Positions 43,401 through 54,900 of a stretch of DNA of 64,000 bases are shown here, piece by piece (position 1 is the first letter of the stretch; each line of letters begins with the position of its first letter). Source of the stretch: Balanoglossus misakiensis (lineage: Eukaryota; Animalia; Hemichordata); contig CM082594.2 in assembly GCA_040954595.2 (NCBI GenBank), positions 6,778,840-6,842,839 on the forward strand, given 5' to 3'. The position numbers and the translations under genes are program-made. The notes below the pieces were generated by a model, which saw nothing but the letters and a program-made list of their open reading frames with translations, ran no database searches and had not been told where the DNA came from.

Positions 43401-46400
43401 TACTGAGATGATCGCCTGTTTCTGTTTGAGTTCTGACTTGGACGTTTCCGTTGGAGATGTCACCCTCTCCGGCACTGGTGAAGGCCGACATCTTAATGCT
43501 GTATATCGTATCGGGTTTCAGACCGCGCAGCTCAAACTGCAAGAGGTGGCCGTCCACGTCCTCGCTGTGCTCCTCCACATTCGCGCTCCAGGACACCTCG
43601 GAGTAGTAGATGCGGTAACTGGTGACGATGCCGTTCCTCTCCGCTTCCGGGATGGGTTCCCAGTTCACCAGGATGCTCCGCGGCTTGCTGCCGGACAGCA
43701 TGAAGGTGGGTGCCTCGCCGGGAACTTCAAATAGAAACAGAGGAATTACGTACAACACAGCTGCAGTGATAACGCGCTCCAACCGAATGGATGAAACCTG
43801 CTGAGGAAAACTAGCAAGGGCAGGTTCATAGCTGAGGTTCACTCAAAGTTTTCAAGGAAAGTTTTTTCAGTGGTTTCAAAAGGTATCTGAAATCAAATAT
43901 TGTTCTTTTCCATGAGTGATTAAAGTTAATTGTGGCAAATAATCGCAATAATGGCAGCTGGAGTTTGTCAAAATTCAACATTTTGGTGCAATAAACACCA
44001 TTAGCTGAACTTCACAAGACCATGCGAGATCTCTTCATCACAGGACAAACAACATATAGCCCATAGTGTTAATTAAAAGGCACACAAGTTAAAGTCTGGA
44101 GTAAACTCGGCACGTATTCTAGTTTATACAAAGTTTGACATGACTTGGCTAGCAACCTGTATATAATAATGGCTACGGTAATTAACCAAGTCTCGCGAGA
44201 TCTCCTCTCCTACTTACCATCCTCCATTGTCCTGACTTGGATTTCTTCCGACGGTGGAGAAGGAGTCTGAGAGGTGTATGCAATAACATAGAAGCTGTAG
44301 ACAGTGAACGGCTCCAAGGAGTTTATCTCAGCAGTGGTCAAATCCGGTCGTTGGGGCAACGTGGCTTCTTTACCCCCTGTACGAAAACAAAAACATTGGA
44401 TCACAAACCGGTACTGTCCGCAGCAACTTTTTGGGCTGTCTTCTTCTAGAGAACTTCAGAGAGTACCATGGTAACACTGTTCTATTATACCAGTATTTCA
44501 TATTAATATTGCTACCTGAATTTCATGTTTGCAGGCTTCAAGTCAGCTAATATGTTGCACAAAAGTTTGTCTCAGCAATCAACATTTAATTGCAAAACAT
44601 AGAGCTGTAGTAATATACCTACGGGCATACATATTATGTATATCTATCTTCAAGTACAATGTATAAAGCTAAACAGTATATAGCATAGATACTACTAATA
44701 ATAATGAGTAACTAATGTTACCTGGTACTTTGGAATAATGGACAGAATATCCGACAACATTGCTACGAAGGCGATCAAAGGACCACGAAACCTTGACTGA
44801 AGTACTCGAGATGGCTGTAACAGTCACATTCTTGGGGTGGGTAATATCATCTTCACCTGTGGGTAAAATTAAACAGGAAACTTTATTTTTGTGCAATTTG
44901 TATTAGTCAACAGAATCGTGTCTGAACACGCATACTGGAAAGTAATGAATTGTTATTATTATTATTCACATCTTGTACATGTATCAGCACATATATTATA
45001 ATTATGGATTGCACTGAACATATTTAGAGCTATATATAACTATAGTTTACACATATCCTATATTACAGATCACCCTTGCCTGCATTATGTTTTTTTGTCA
45101 TGTTTGAGGCATCTGATGCATCATGAGCATCAGTAACTGTACAATGAAAAGATGAAGTACGTCATGAAAATACTTTACAGTATATGTTTTCTTTTCAAAC
45201 TACTAACCAGTGGTGACTTGCAACAGAGCGCTGCCTTGAGCTTTGCCGACGGCATTTTCCGCGACGCACTGATAGATCCCGCCGTCTTTCCGCTGAATGT
45301 TCCGCACTACTAAATCTTTATCCGTACTTATCCGGCCTCCCTCCTCCAGCAGTTTCCCGTCGGCATACCACAACTTGGTTGGCTGCGGTATCCCGTCCAC
45401 GTCACAGGTGAAGCGCGCAGTTCCCGCCGCGGGACTGTCGGTGTTTTCCGGAACTTTGGTCAAGAGAGGAGGGGCTGGTGGGAGAAGCGCGTATTTAGTT
45501 TAATTATGCTGTCTGATATGAATTATACAGATGACACATGCATATACATACATACACCAACACACACACACATATTGACATTCTAAACAAACAAATAAAT
45601 AAACAAACAAAACAAAACAAACACTTACTATGCACTTGTAGGTTCCCAAATCTCTGCACTACTTCTCCGAAACCATATTCGGCTGTGCAAGTGTAGACCC
45701 CAGTGTCCGATGACTGAAGTCCATTGATCTGAAGATTGTCCCCATAATATGAAACTCTCGTTGGGTCCACGGGGTTTTCTGTGTTCATGAAGGGGAAAAA
45801 AAGCAAATGAGCATTCAGTATGCAAAGACACTTGTGTCTGCCTGCATTTGTTCATACGTAATGATCACCCACTGAATGAAAAATAAGCAAAGTGTTTGCT
45901 CAACAAGGAAAAAAGTGACTAAACAGACAATTTTTGACCATGTCTATCTCACAGATGCAGTGCTCCAAGGTATTGATTTTATGACCCAGTTGATTTGCGG
46001 GTTTACAGGCATGGTCACTTGTATTATACCCTTGTTCACAAACCAATCACTTCACTTCCTTTCCAGTTCAAAACCCAGAGCGGCTCCGAAGTTATTCGCG
46101 AACAAAAGTCCAAAGCAGACACGTGAAAAGCCTGAAGAAAGAGGTGATTAACTTTTGACTTCCCCTGTCAAGCGTATTTGTTGACATACTTAAAATGGCA
46201 GCTGACAGCAGTTTTACCGGCGCGTACAATAGAAAATCTGACAGAAGTTGTGAACTACACAGACCATAAATCAGGTTTCCGATAATCATACAGATTAACC
46301 CAAAAAAGTCAGCAAATAAGTTCCTGAGTGGCAATTGTTATGATAATATCTGCATGATACTTGATATTTAACCCACACAGACTATGTCAGAACATCTTTT

Positions 46401-48415
46401 GCACTCAAAGTACACCAAAGGTACTACAGATTTTCTGGATATATATGACACCATAATTTTAAACTGATTCATTGAAATATTCAGGCTCGTTTGGCATAAA
46501 ACCAAGTGTCTGCCAGCATTTTTGCATGACAAAATCATTTTAGGTGTATACACACATTAATTATTGCTGGTCTCTGTTCATTAAGAAATTAATAAACTGC
46601 CATCTTTAACCAGTACTAGGTATAACAGTTATACCCAAGTTACTGTTTTACCGATGTTTACTTTATCAACTTAATCTGTTGATGGGGTACACAGATTAAG
46701 TCATTAGCAAGTGCTTAATGAGAAACTGGATAGCTTGTGTTATGGATTAGCAACTGATAAGACAGTGATCTTAATACAAACTGTTTTATCACTATTAAAC
46801 TCTCTGGAACACTCAAAACACCAGTTTTTCATGGAGGATTGTGAATAAAACACAAACTCAGACGATTATTAATGGCACAGATGGCTTGCATTTAAAAGAC
46901 AATTTACTGGCAAAATTTAAGACCTAAACGCTCACGATGAACACCTTTACTGCAGTACATAAATTACATGTTTCTAGGACGTCTGAAAAATGTATCTTTG
47001 ATTGTGATTAACGGCCTAAGACATCTATCATGTGTGTACAGTGTGTACACGTGTATGTGGGCAGCAGAGTATATGTTATCTTGGGGTCACCCTTATCCAT
47101 GCAGTTCATTCACCGCGTAATCCCCTCCGAAAACCCACCCACCCACCAGCCCCCTGCTGTCGACGTAACATTACTGAACTCTGCATTCCCCTGGGTGGCT
47201 AGCATTATATGCCACTGAAATGGCAAACAAGATTCTAGACTTTTGATGCGCTGGGACGAACGTGTCATTTTCAGTTTTTCCGAAATTCATAATTTGAACA
47301 TTAATTCACACCAGCTGGTGAGCTTTTGAAGCCAATAACTGCTTGTGAATCATAGCCAATTCTGAACTACTTCAACATAACTTAGTTTGAGTCAATCACA
47401 TGCATAAAACTGAGACTGTTGTGTATAATCTTCTTGGTTCAGATTTTTCACATAGATATTTCACTGCATACTGAATGCTGTTCTAAAGTATATTGTTTGC
47501 CAAATAAATCAAATCACAATTGAAATACCTGCTACTGAGACATACGACACGCAAATACACATGGACAAACATGTACACAGGAGTGCACATATTTTGATAT
47601 TGTTTACCGGTACATGTAGTTTTGTTTGTACTGTAGTCCTTCTGAAACCCAGGTTAATTCACCTCACCTACTCTGTATTAAATGTCAATCAATGAAGCTA
47701 ATACAGCACACCAAACGTCAATCATACCACAAAAGAAATAACCTCAGAAAAGATACAAGCATTCACTTACGATTTTTGTTCCATGTTATCCGAGGCTCAT
47801 CATCCTCCGGCCGGCTCTTTGCCACTAAGCACTCTAAAATCACATTTTCACCTTGCCTTTTTACAACGTTCTGAGGACCCGCGACAAACACTGGTTTCCC
47901 GTCGTTCCCAGTGTCCGACGGCGGTGGTTCTGGCAGTACAGTCAATATGGCCTCATCGCTTCTCTTTTTACTCACAATGTTTCTGGCTACACATCTATAA
48001 TTCCCTGTGTCGTTCTCCTGAATGTTCAGAATCTGAAGTACACCTGAGGGTAAAATAATGAACCTACGAGAGAAAGGGGAAGAATTTATCACTGGGTAAA
48101 AGCTCCATCAGTTGTAACTTTTTCAGCATGTTTGTTTTGTGTATCTCCTGCAGTTTCTTGTTCTAATCCCTATCAAAGTGAGACTTTGTATGAAAATGTG
48201 TGAAAACACAGAATACACCAAATCTTGCTGAAGATTGAAATATGAGAAAAATCTAGACTTATTTCCAACTCACCTGTCGTTGTCAGGAAGGGATACCCTG
48301 TCTTTTTCCCAAGAATAACTTGATTGAGGTATGGAATCTGAGTAACAGCTAAATCTTGCAACACTTCCAACGTGCGTTGTGACTGACTGAGGTTGCAGAG
48401 AAAATTTTGGCTTTT
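27850..48415 (-). CDS. PRTG: Protogenin-like Ig/FN3 receptor (DCC/neogenin/protogenin superfamily); 5'-partial, 17 exons
   Basis: Ig2-Ig4 plus five FN3 plus TM. Motifs I recall from vertebrate protogenin: VARFxC, LPxGVLQI...GNYRC, AGPQN, AGTARF and cytoplasmic LDTKGG (vertebrate IDAKGG). Five FN3, versus six in DCC/neogenin. Joined exons total 3506 nt, frame-consistent to the TAG at 27850. It may be the pro-orthologue of PRTG/IGDCC3/IGDCC4. Confidence 0.85.
28101..28124 (-). repeat. Coding (CAG/GCA)8 repeat giving a poly-Ala tract in the PRTG-like tail
   Basis: (ctg)8 on the plus strand; SAAAAAAAG. Confidence 0.9.
28957..29133 (-). CDS. PRTG: PRTG-like exon: cytoplasmic 2
   Basis: ccattttag|GGSNFPNYFTQDGF...SENTEK|gtaagc; 177 nt, phase 0/0; completes the LDTK-GG motif. 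Absent from the ORF track. Confidence 0.8.
29376..29565 (-). CDS. PRTG: PRTG-like exon: cytoplasmic 1
   Basis: HGLFQKC...ELESFSPMLAQMPVHDSLDTK|gtgagt. Confidence 0.85.
29733..29835 (-). CDS. PRTG: PRTG-like exon: transmembrane helix
   Basis: IVLGVSVGFICILIIALIIYKKR. Confidence 0.9.
29879..29998. repeat. 60-bp direct tandem duplication (intronic)
   Basis: Lines 29881 and 29941 are almost identical. Confidence 0.95.
30102..30254 (-). CDS. PRTG: PRTG-like exon: FN3-5 C-half
   Basis: VENLEPSLEYFFKMKAQTEVGAGP. Confidence 0.9.
30481..30648 (-). CDS. PRTG: PRTG-like exon: FN3-5 N-half
   Basis: RPSPPSYLNAQLYGVQSVLLEWAPPEHPNGIITTYIIMYSWDSSEPDDLWMMDKKE; read manually, absent from the ORF track. Confidence 0.9.
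31178..31305 (-). CDS. PRTG: PRTG-like exon: FN3-4 C-part
   Basis: DLVPFTRYTIAVKAIG...SFSPPISVQTLED; phase 2/1. Confidence 0.88.
31522..31696 (-). CDS. PRTG: PRTG-like exon: FN3-4 N-part
   Basis: LLPPSGIHAIVQSSTSVIVTWVKP; phase 1/2. Confidence 0.88.
31767..31914. mobile_element. Tc1/mariner-superfamily (pogo/Tigger-like) MITE, 148 bp
   Basis: TA|CAGTGAAACCTG ... CAGGTTTCACTG|TA; TIR similarity extends about 27 bp; TA target-site duplication. Confidence 0.85.
32117..32227 (-). CDS. PRTG: PRTG-like exon: FN3-3 C-part
   Basis: LPCTTYYVKLWAFNDHGDG; follows a 10.7-kb intron, phase 1/1. Confidence 0.88.
36690..36905. repeat. Probable dispersed-repeat fragment (unclassified)
   Basis: Shares motifs (tgtacaaagtttgaatgaaatc, acagacagac tail) loosely with 36480-36510, 37180-37330 (reverse) and 53150-53290; similarity judged by eye only. 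Confidence 0.35.
37629..37721. mobile_element. ~90-bp TTAA-flanked MITE (piggyBac-like ends), best-preserved copy
   Basis: TTAA|CCCTTCCACC ... GGTGATAGGG|TTAA; related copies elsewhere in the window. Confidence 0.72.
42976..43176 (-). CDS. PRTG: PRTG-like exon: FN3-3 N-part
   Basis: PDTPTNLKVRSLNSTSIELTWMAP...GYKL...SYVLSHL. Confidence 0.9.
43404..43724 (-). CDS. PRTG: PRTG-like exon: FN3-2
   Basis: VPGEAP...SILVNWEP...NGIVTSYRIYY...GLKPDTIYSIKMSAFTSAGEG. Confidence 0.9.
44218..44376 (-). CDS. PRTG: PRTG-like exon: FN3-1 C-half
   Basis: INSLEPFTVYSFYVIAYT...VRTMED. Confidence 0.9.
44722..44856 (-). CDS. PRTG: PRTG-like exon: FN3-1 N-half
   Basis: PKNVTVTAISSTSVKVSW...VVGYSVHY. Confidence 0.9.
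45208..45474 (-). CDS. PRTG: PRTG-like exon: Ig4
   Basis: PPLLTKVPE...AGTARFTCDVDGIPQP...DGGIYQCVAENAVG. Confidence 0.92.
45629..45778 (-). CDS. PRTG: PRTG-like exon: Ig3 C-half
   Basis: NLQINGLQSSDTGVYTCTAE; phase 1/1. Confidence 0.9.
47771..48063 (-). CDS. PRTG: PRTG-like exon: Ig2 C-half plus Ig3 N-half
   Basis: FIILPSGVLQILNIQENDTGNYRCVA...AGPQNVVKRQGENVILECL...ITWNKN. Confidence 0.92.
48274..48415 (-). CDS. PRTG: PRTG-like exon: Ig2 N-half
   Basis: KPKFSLQPQSVTTHVGSVARFSCYSDSIPQSSYSWEKDRVSLPDNDR; ttcag| ... |gtgagt. Confidence 0.9.
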
Positions 48416-48711
48416 CTGAAATGTTTAATGAGAAAAGGGGGTTTGGTGAATTGGATTTTGTCACTGAAACACCAGACTTGCAATTATCAAATCAACAACG
48501 CACAAAATAATAACAACAGCATCTGCTTTTAATACAATTACTATGTCAGCTACACGTAAATTGTAAATCACATTTATAATGCCAGCTGGCACAAGGGTTT
48601 GTGAGTATTAAAGCTGCAGAACATGTACTACCATATATGTTCGGATAATCCATCGAACTGAAATGTTCATGTACATCATAACCGTCAGTTACAGAATGCC
48701 ACACTATTTCA

Positions 48712-48936
48712 CTCTCTCGCTCTCTCCCCTCCCTCCCACCCACCCTCCTCACTCTTCTTCCCTCCCTCTCCTCTCTCTCTCTTCCCCTCTCCCATACCTC
48801 CCTCCCACTCTCCTCACTCTTCCTCCTTCCCTCCCTCCTTCCACCTCATCTCCCTCCATCCCCCTCTCCCTCCATCCCCCTTCCCCTCCTCTCTTCCTCT
48901 TCCCTCCCTCCACCCCCCTCTCCTCTCTATCTCTCT
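48712..48936. repeat. CT-rich low-complexity tract
   Basis: About 220 bp of nearly pure C/T. Confidence 0.9.
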
Positions 48937-51900
48937 GCCATAAAATTCATCACTACAAAAAAGACATCGTAGCTTAAGAGGAACCATACAGGGATCAAAG
49001 AGTGATACGTTCTGGAAGCTTCCTATTGAAACGGGGTCTTAAATGTGCTCTCGGGTCTCTGACACACAGTTGTACTGAGTGACCCTGAAAGAGCACGTTT
49101 ATCCACATGACAGAAAATGATTTTCCATCAGGATTTAAATATGGAGATGCAACACACGCAGATGCAATAACACACAGATCATTATGATGCCTCTACCACG
49201 CACCGAGGTCAATGTACCATATGTACGATCACACATCGAGAAACATCAGACGCAAGCTGGCATCTTGCGCTAACCTGTTTACACAACCTTCCAACTAGAA
49301 AAGGTGAAATTTCTGTGCTTCCAATGAATGCACAATTTGCAGATCTTATATCGTTCCCACTATAAAATATTTTTATTGCATGGTGGACATATGTCTCGAA
49401 GGACCGAAAACTGCATTTTGTTGATAACCAAGATGGCGAACAGCCCCTATTCTTTCTTACTTTGTTCCAAAGTGATTCTATATACACATGCCTCTATTCA
49501 GAAAAGAGAGTAAGATTTACAATAGGACCTTCATTCTCCCCCGAACATGTCCCCGAGGTGTGCTAAATGCTGAAGGAAGTTGAAAGAACATAGCGTTACA
49601 TTAAATTCCCGGCGGAACAGAAGTGCAAAGTACACAGCACTTTGTCAGACACAGCCGTTTTTGTCTAAATGTGTGAAGCCCCTTTCAGGTCCAACAAAAA
49701 TACAGCAATATAAAAGTGTCAATACATGTAAGTATACAGGGAATGTTTGATCACCAGATTCTAATAACAGTGCCATCTGCAACAAGGGAAATCGGCCACT
49801 GAAATTGCGTGGTTATCGAACCTAAACTACCAGTCAGTCTATAATGACAACCAGCTACACAATACCACCATCATACCACATTGCTACATCATGCTAGAGC
49901 CACACATTCACATCTCATAACAGGTATGTTACCTGAGACCTGTATATATACCTGCTGCGTCACATCAAATTAAACTCTGGACTTTAATCACTATGCATGC
50001 CTACTGGGCGACGGCAATAAAGCTACGAAAAATGTGCATTTTAATGACCATGCAGAACAAGATAAAAAATGAAACAAAATCGACCAAACTCAAGAAGGAG
50101 GCCAGCGGTGCCTTTGTCTCTGTATGAAACGTGGACAAGCATCCCACGATGTGTTTAGACTTAATCACTCACTATAACAGTATCTATCTATCAGTATTAC
50201 ACGATTGTAAGTCCTGAGATATACCAGTACTTTTTATGGCATACTGACCGCCAATGGGGCCGGTCAGAAAGTCCTTGAATCATAATACTAGCATGCATGA
50301 TGTACGTGTGACATTATTATCCTTTACACTGTAACTGTATGGGGTCGATAGGGTGTCAACTTTAAAGAAAAAAAATCTAAATTGGCTCGAGTTGTGCTTG
50401 TTTGAGAGAGCGCACAATTACGCTACAATGCCAAACATGAACATATTGAGTTTCTATTAAAGCGATTCTAATGAACATCGCGGATTGATTTAAATTCAGG
50501 GAGGGATGTCCTGAGATCAATGCACTTCTGATGGGGTGTCAGCTGTACTTTTAATGGTTCGCACTCCTCAAAGCCTGACAGAGAGTGAAATAACCTTCCC
50601 AAACAAGGTTAACTTGTACAGGTAGTAGTCTCATGAAACTTTTTAACTCGGCGGTCTTAAAACGTGTTACAACAATACAAGAGGGTGGGCTAAGTGAAAC
50701 CGACTGCAGGAAGTTATGTGAAATCTTCAATATGTGCTCGTTTAATATATTGCTTATCTATAAAACTTTTGATGACACGCTTCAATCTACAGTGAACATA
50801 TTAACATATTAAATGAAAGAAGTCAGTTGACATGTTTTCATGGTATTAGCTGGCCTTTGGAGGGAGTTAATACCAATATGCATATAACTTTTCACAAGCG
50901 CTTTTGATTAATTTGAGCTGATCATCAAAATAAGATATGTCTGCACGTTATACATGTCTGTTTCCACCGGCCTAAGCCTAACAAGTGATTGCGGTTTGTC
51001 CACAGTAAACAAAATGGGACACCTACATCACCACTGCGGGTAAAACGTTTCAACATCTGACCGGTGCTGTGTGTTTTGGGTTGTTCTTTTCTACTTCTGA
51101 ATGCAACTGCTGAAAGACATGTTGTGTGTACTTTCAAGTGACAGAACTCTCACGTTACATTTTGTACAACGCCGCGCAACTCGGCGGCCATTTTGAATTC
51201 ACGTCAAACAAAAGAAACCACGGGTTCGCGATACGAGGTTGCAATTTTAACACGCTTATTTTCATTGGCTCAGCGATTCAACTTTCATGGAGTTTACTTA
51301 GACTGATCCTCATACATGTATAAAGATGCGCTGGTAAACAGAACTTGATGATAATTAAAGGAAAAACCTATGCGATCAGAATATCAAATACAAGCTACTG
51401 AACAACCACATGTGCATTATAAGAGGAAGCTCAATATCTACCCCACTGACACACCAGATAAATCATTATTTTCATTTGATTCATGTCGCACGACCAATAA
51501 TTCCACCATAATAAAATAATAAGTTTGATTTGAAACTAGGCAATCCAGAAAATTCATACTTCATCCAAATTAGTTCCTCGGATGATTTACGACTTAATAC
51601 AGAATGATGCGTTATTAAAATAACCCCGCACTGCATTTAATGTGATTTCTGTGCTTGACTTGGAAGCGTAATAGCTGTGCGTCAAAATCGTTAGCTGAAG
51701 AGTACAGGAAATTTTCTGATTGCTGTAGATTAATGCCAGGCAATTAATGGAATCACAGCAGAGCGTTTGCAAATACTTGATGATAATGGAGTCTCGAGCA
51801 AACTTGTTATTTGGGGGTACTAAGAAACCAGTATTAGTCAGTCCGATGAGATCAGGTACTTGCTCTTGCCAAGATGCATGATATCAAATAAGGGCAACCA

Positions 51901-54900
51901 CGATCTGACCAAAACAGTATGATCATATCTACTACTGTTACACAATAAATCTCTATGAACTTCATCCAACTGGTGCCCAAGAGACGATCTGAAGTTAATC
52001 AGATATAGATCTGTCTTTTTTAACTCTTTCATCACCATGGACCTCTACTGACGAAAACAGGTACCAATGTGTTTGATCAGCCGTTTTCTTTTTTTTTTTT
52101 GCTGTGAGTTACTATTTGCATGTTAGTCATCAATGATAGATTTCTGTCAGTGGTAGTCCGTGCCACGTTCCAGGAAGCAACAAAACTGAACCTCATAAGC
52201 AGAACTGGGTCTGCGTGACTCTGACCTGTGAGGCAAATGATGTTTGCAAGCTTAGATTCTGTCATTTAATCTGCTGGAGTTCTTAATACACTCTGACCGA
52301 GATACAGAGAATAGTCAGGCTAACACAGATCGACTCGCCTTCATGTGTCATCTGAAAACATGTTTTGCCTATTGAACATCAAAAGCCTTCATTCACAAAG
52401 TAAAATCTGCAACAGATTTTTATGATTCAGCAATCAAATCTGTATTGAACATAAAAATGTTTTAAATTCACGTCATCATGTACCAATTATGATTTCACAC
52501 CGGAATGAGAAGCTTAAACCCTTTTTATCTGGCCTTGGTGAACAACACGACTATTTTAAATTCCTACTGCATGCCATATGAATGGCAGTGACCAGACCTG
52601 ACCTGTCATGACCCGATCCGACCCAATTGCAAAATGGAGTAATTCTGGTCAGATCAAGCAAAAGTCAACTAAATGTATAAATGTATGAGAAAGCAGTAAA
52701 CATTCAATGATTCAAACCACATGTAGGTTGGGTTCAATTCTCACACAAATCTCTGTTACACGTTGACACATAAATCTACAGGTGTATATATATTATGTGC
52801 AGGGAAATGCAATGAAGTCAAATAAATTTCAATAAACTAGGTGACGTATTCTGGTCATTAACGAGGTGTGAGCTGAACGTTCTGCCAAGATTTTAAAGGT
52901 TTTGTGACAGTTTTGCAAGTGATTAACCTAGTTATTCCTGGTTTATATCACTTAGCAATTAACTCTAAAAGTCTGTTGTTATTGTCATATCATACATGTA
53001 TGCCATAATTACTATGTGGCAAAGTTGATAAAAATGTTTATTCCCCAAAACAAGTAAAGATGAAGTAAAACTTTACATGGTGATTCAATTTCACATAGGA
53101 GTGCGGAAAAAAAGGTTGTTGTAGTACTTTACTGTGACAAAATCTGATATCTGAATCTCACATTCTGCAAATTAGTCAGATCAACCCAAAACTAGTGATA
53201 TCAGTTCTTGCCATTTTCTGACCAGCTGCTCCTGAGATATCGGTAACAGACAAACATACAGACTGACATCAGTATGACGTTATCCCAACTGTGTGAAGAC
53301 AAGGAGCTAAAAGTGGGCCACTCTCAATTGGAAGTTATCATCAACTGGGAGTTTATGATAACACTTCTGACGATATACCCTGACCTGAAATATGAGAAAT
53401 TCCACGGCTTTGTAAACTTCTGAAGACAAACTGACAGATGATTTCCATGAGTGCGTGCTCTGCCAGTTGTTGAAGAACTCTGTGGTAACTTAGAGGCAAA
53501 ACAGCGAGTTTACTAATGTTTACAGGTGGCCTGCTGATGACCCTATTTCCATAAACAAATCAATATGACTGGTAAACAAAGCATGTCTGGTGAACATAAT
53601 GGGTATATTTTTGGAATCATTTTTTTACACTTTCATTATTTACTATTTTAAAGGTAACCATATGGGTCCCTTTTCTTTTTCAAACGAAACTGTATCAATA
53701 AGCAAATATCTGCTATTTATAAAGACAAGAATCAACATGATCCAGCTATCCATAATTCATATAAAAGGGTTAATTTTAGACGTAATTTTATTTAAAGGTT
53801 TAATGATGTTACTACATTAGGTATCATTGGCAGTAAATGTTGACAATGCCTGCCTACTGTGAAAGCTATATACAAAACAATTGCAGCTTCAACAGCAGTT
53901 AACAGCTGGTCATTCCTGCGATCATCCATCACAGATAACAAACATGCAAACATTATGTAGACCTCAATTCGAAAAAAGTATTCAATAAAACAGTCATACT
54001 GATACTTCAAATTTAACAGGAAATTTATTCAACTTTCTACCAAACATTTGGAAGTGACTGATAAGAAATGGCACATTTTCAGAAATCGATTCAAAGAAAT
54101 TCGACCTTGTAAATGCGTTCACCTTTATGCTTTTCCTGAAGGTCACCTTGTCTGTGTGATAAGGCCCATGTCATTAAATTCTTCGTTAAACAACCACAAA
54201 CATATTTTTTCTTCAAGGTCACCTTGTATATAAGTCAATATGATAAATTCTCTATTTAATGAACTCACACATACAATATTCTGGGAGAGTTCTTATAAAT
54301 GTGCAAACTTGTCATTTCTAGTAAAACATTTATAAATGACCTAAGAAAACATTTAAAAGTTGGAGAGGATGTAACAACAAATTTTGTTCAAATGGCCTTG
54401 CCGTAAGGCAGACTTAACCTCCTCTATGTAGTAGACACATAGTGGTTTTAAATTCTAAGTCTGCCCAATCAACTTTACACAGGAACTAAGAAGTTATCAA
54501 CACAATAGTTAAACAGAATCCAAGTAATTTCATTTTATGGGAGTCTAAACCTAATTCTTTAGAGATGTATGTACGAGAAGGTATACAAATCCACTACTGG
54601 GGTTTGCAAATAAATGAAGGCACTGTGATAGTTCTCATTGGCCCTACTACATGCAACTGGAACTTGTATGCACAGGTACTCAGATGCAGAGTTATGTGTG
54701 TGATCACCTATTTTGTGCGTTTTGTGTTTATAGTGTCAGAGCAGGAGCCGAGCTCTCAAAAGAACAGAAAGGGCCCCCACACAACAATATAGTCAACTGA
54801 CACCCATCCGCATTCATACAAACAAGTCAATCAAGAAATCTGTTGATGATGCCAGCCTCTCCCCCCTGATCCCCGCGTCTGCTCAATGCCTCCGCGAAAC

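Noticed and set aside
27850-48415. Naming the gene DCC/neogenin/frazzled
   Set aside because: Only five FN3 domains, no recognisable P1-P3 motifs, and protogenin-type motifs are present.
48663-48977. 104-aa Pro/Ser/Leu-rich ORF
   Set aside because: Translation of a CT-rich low-complexity tract.
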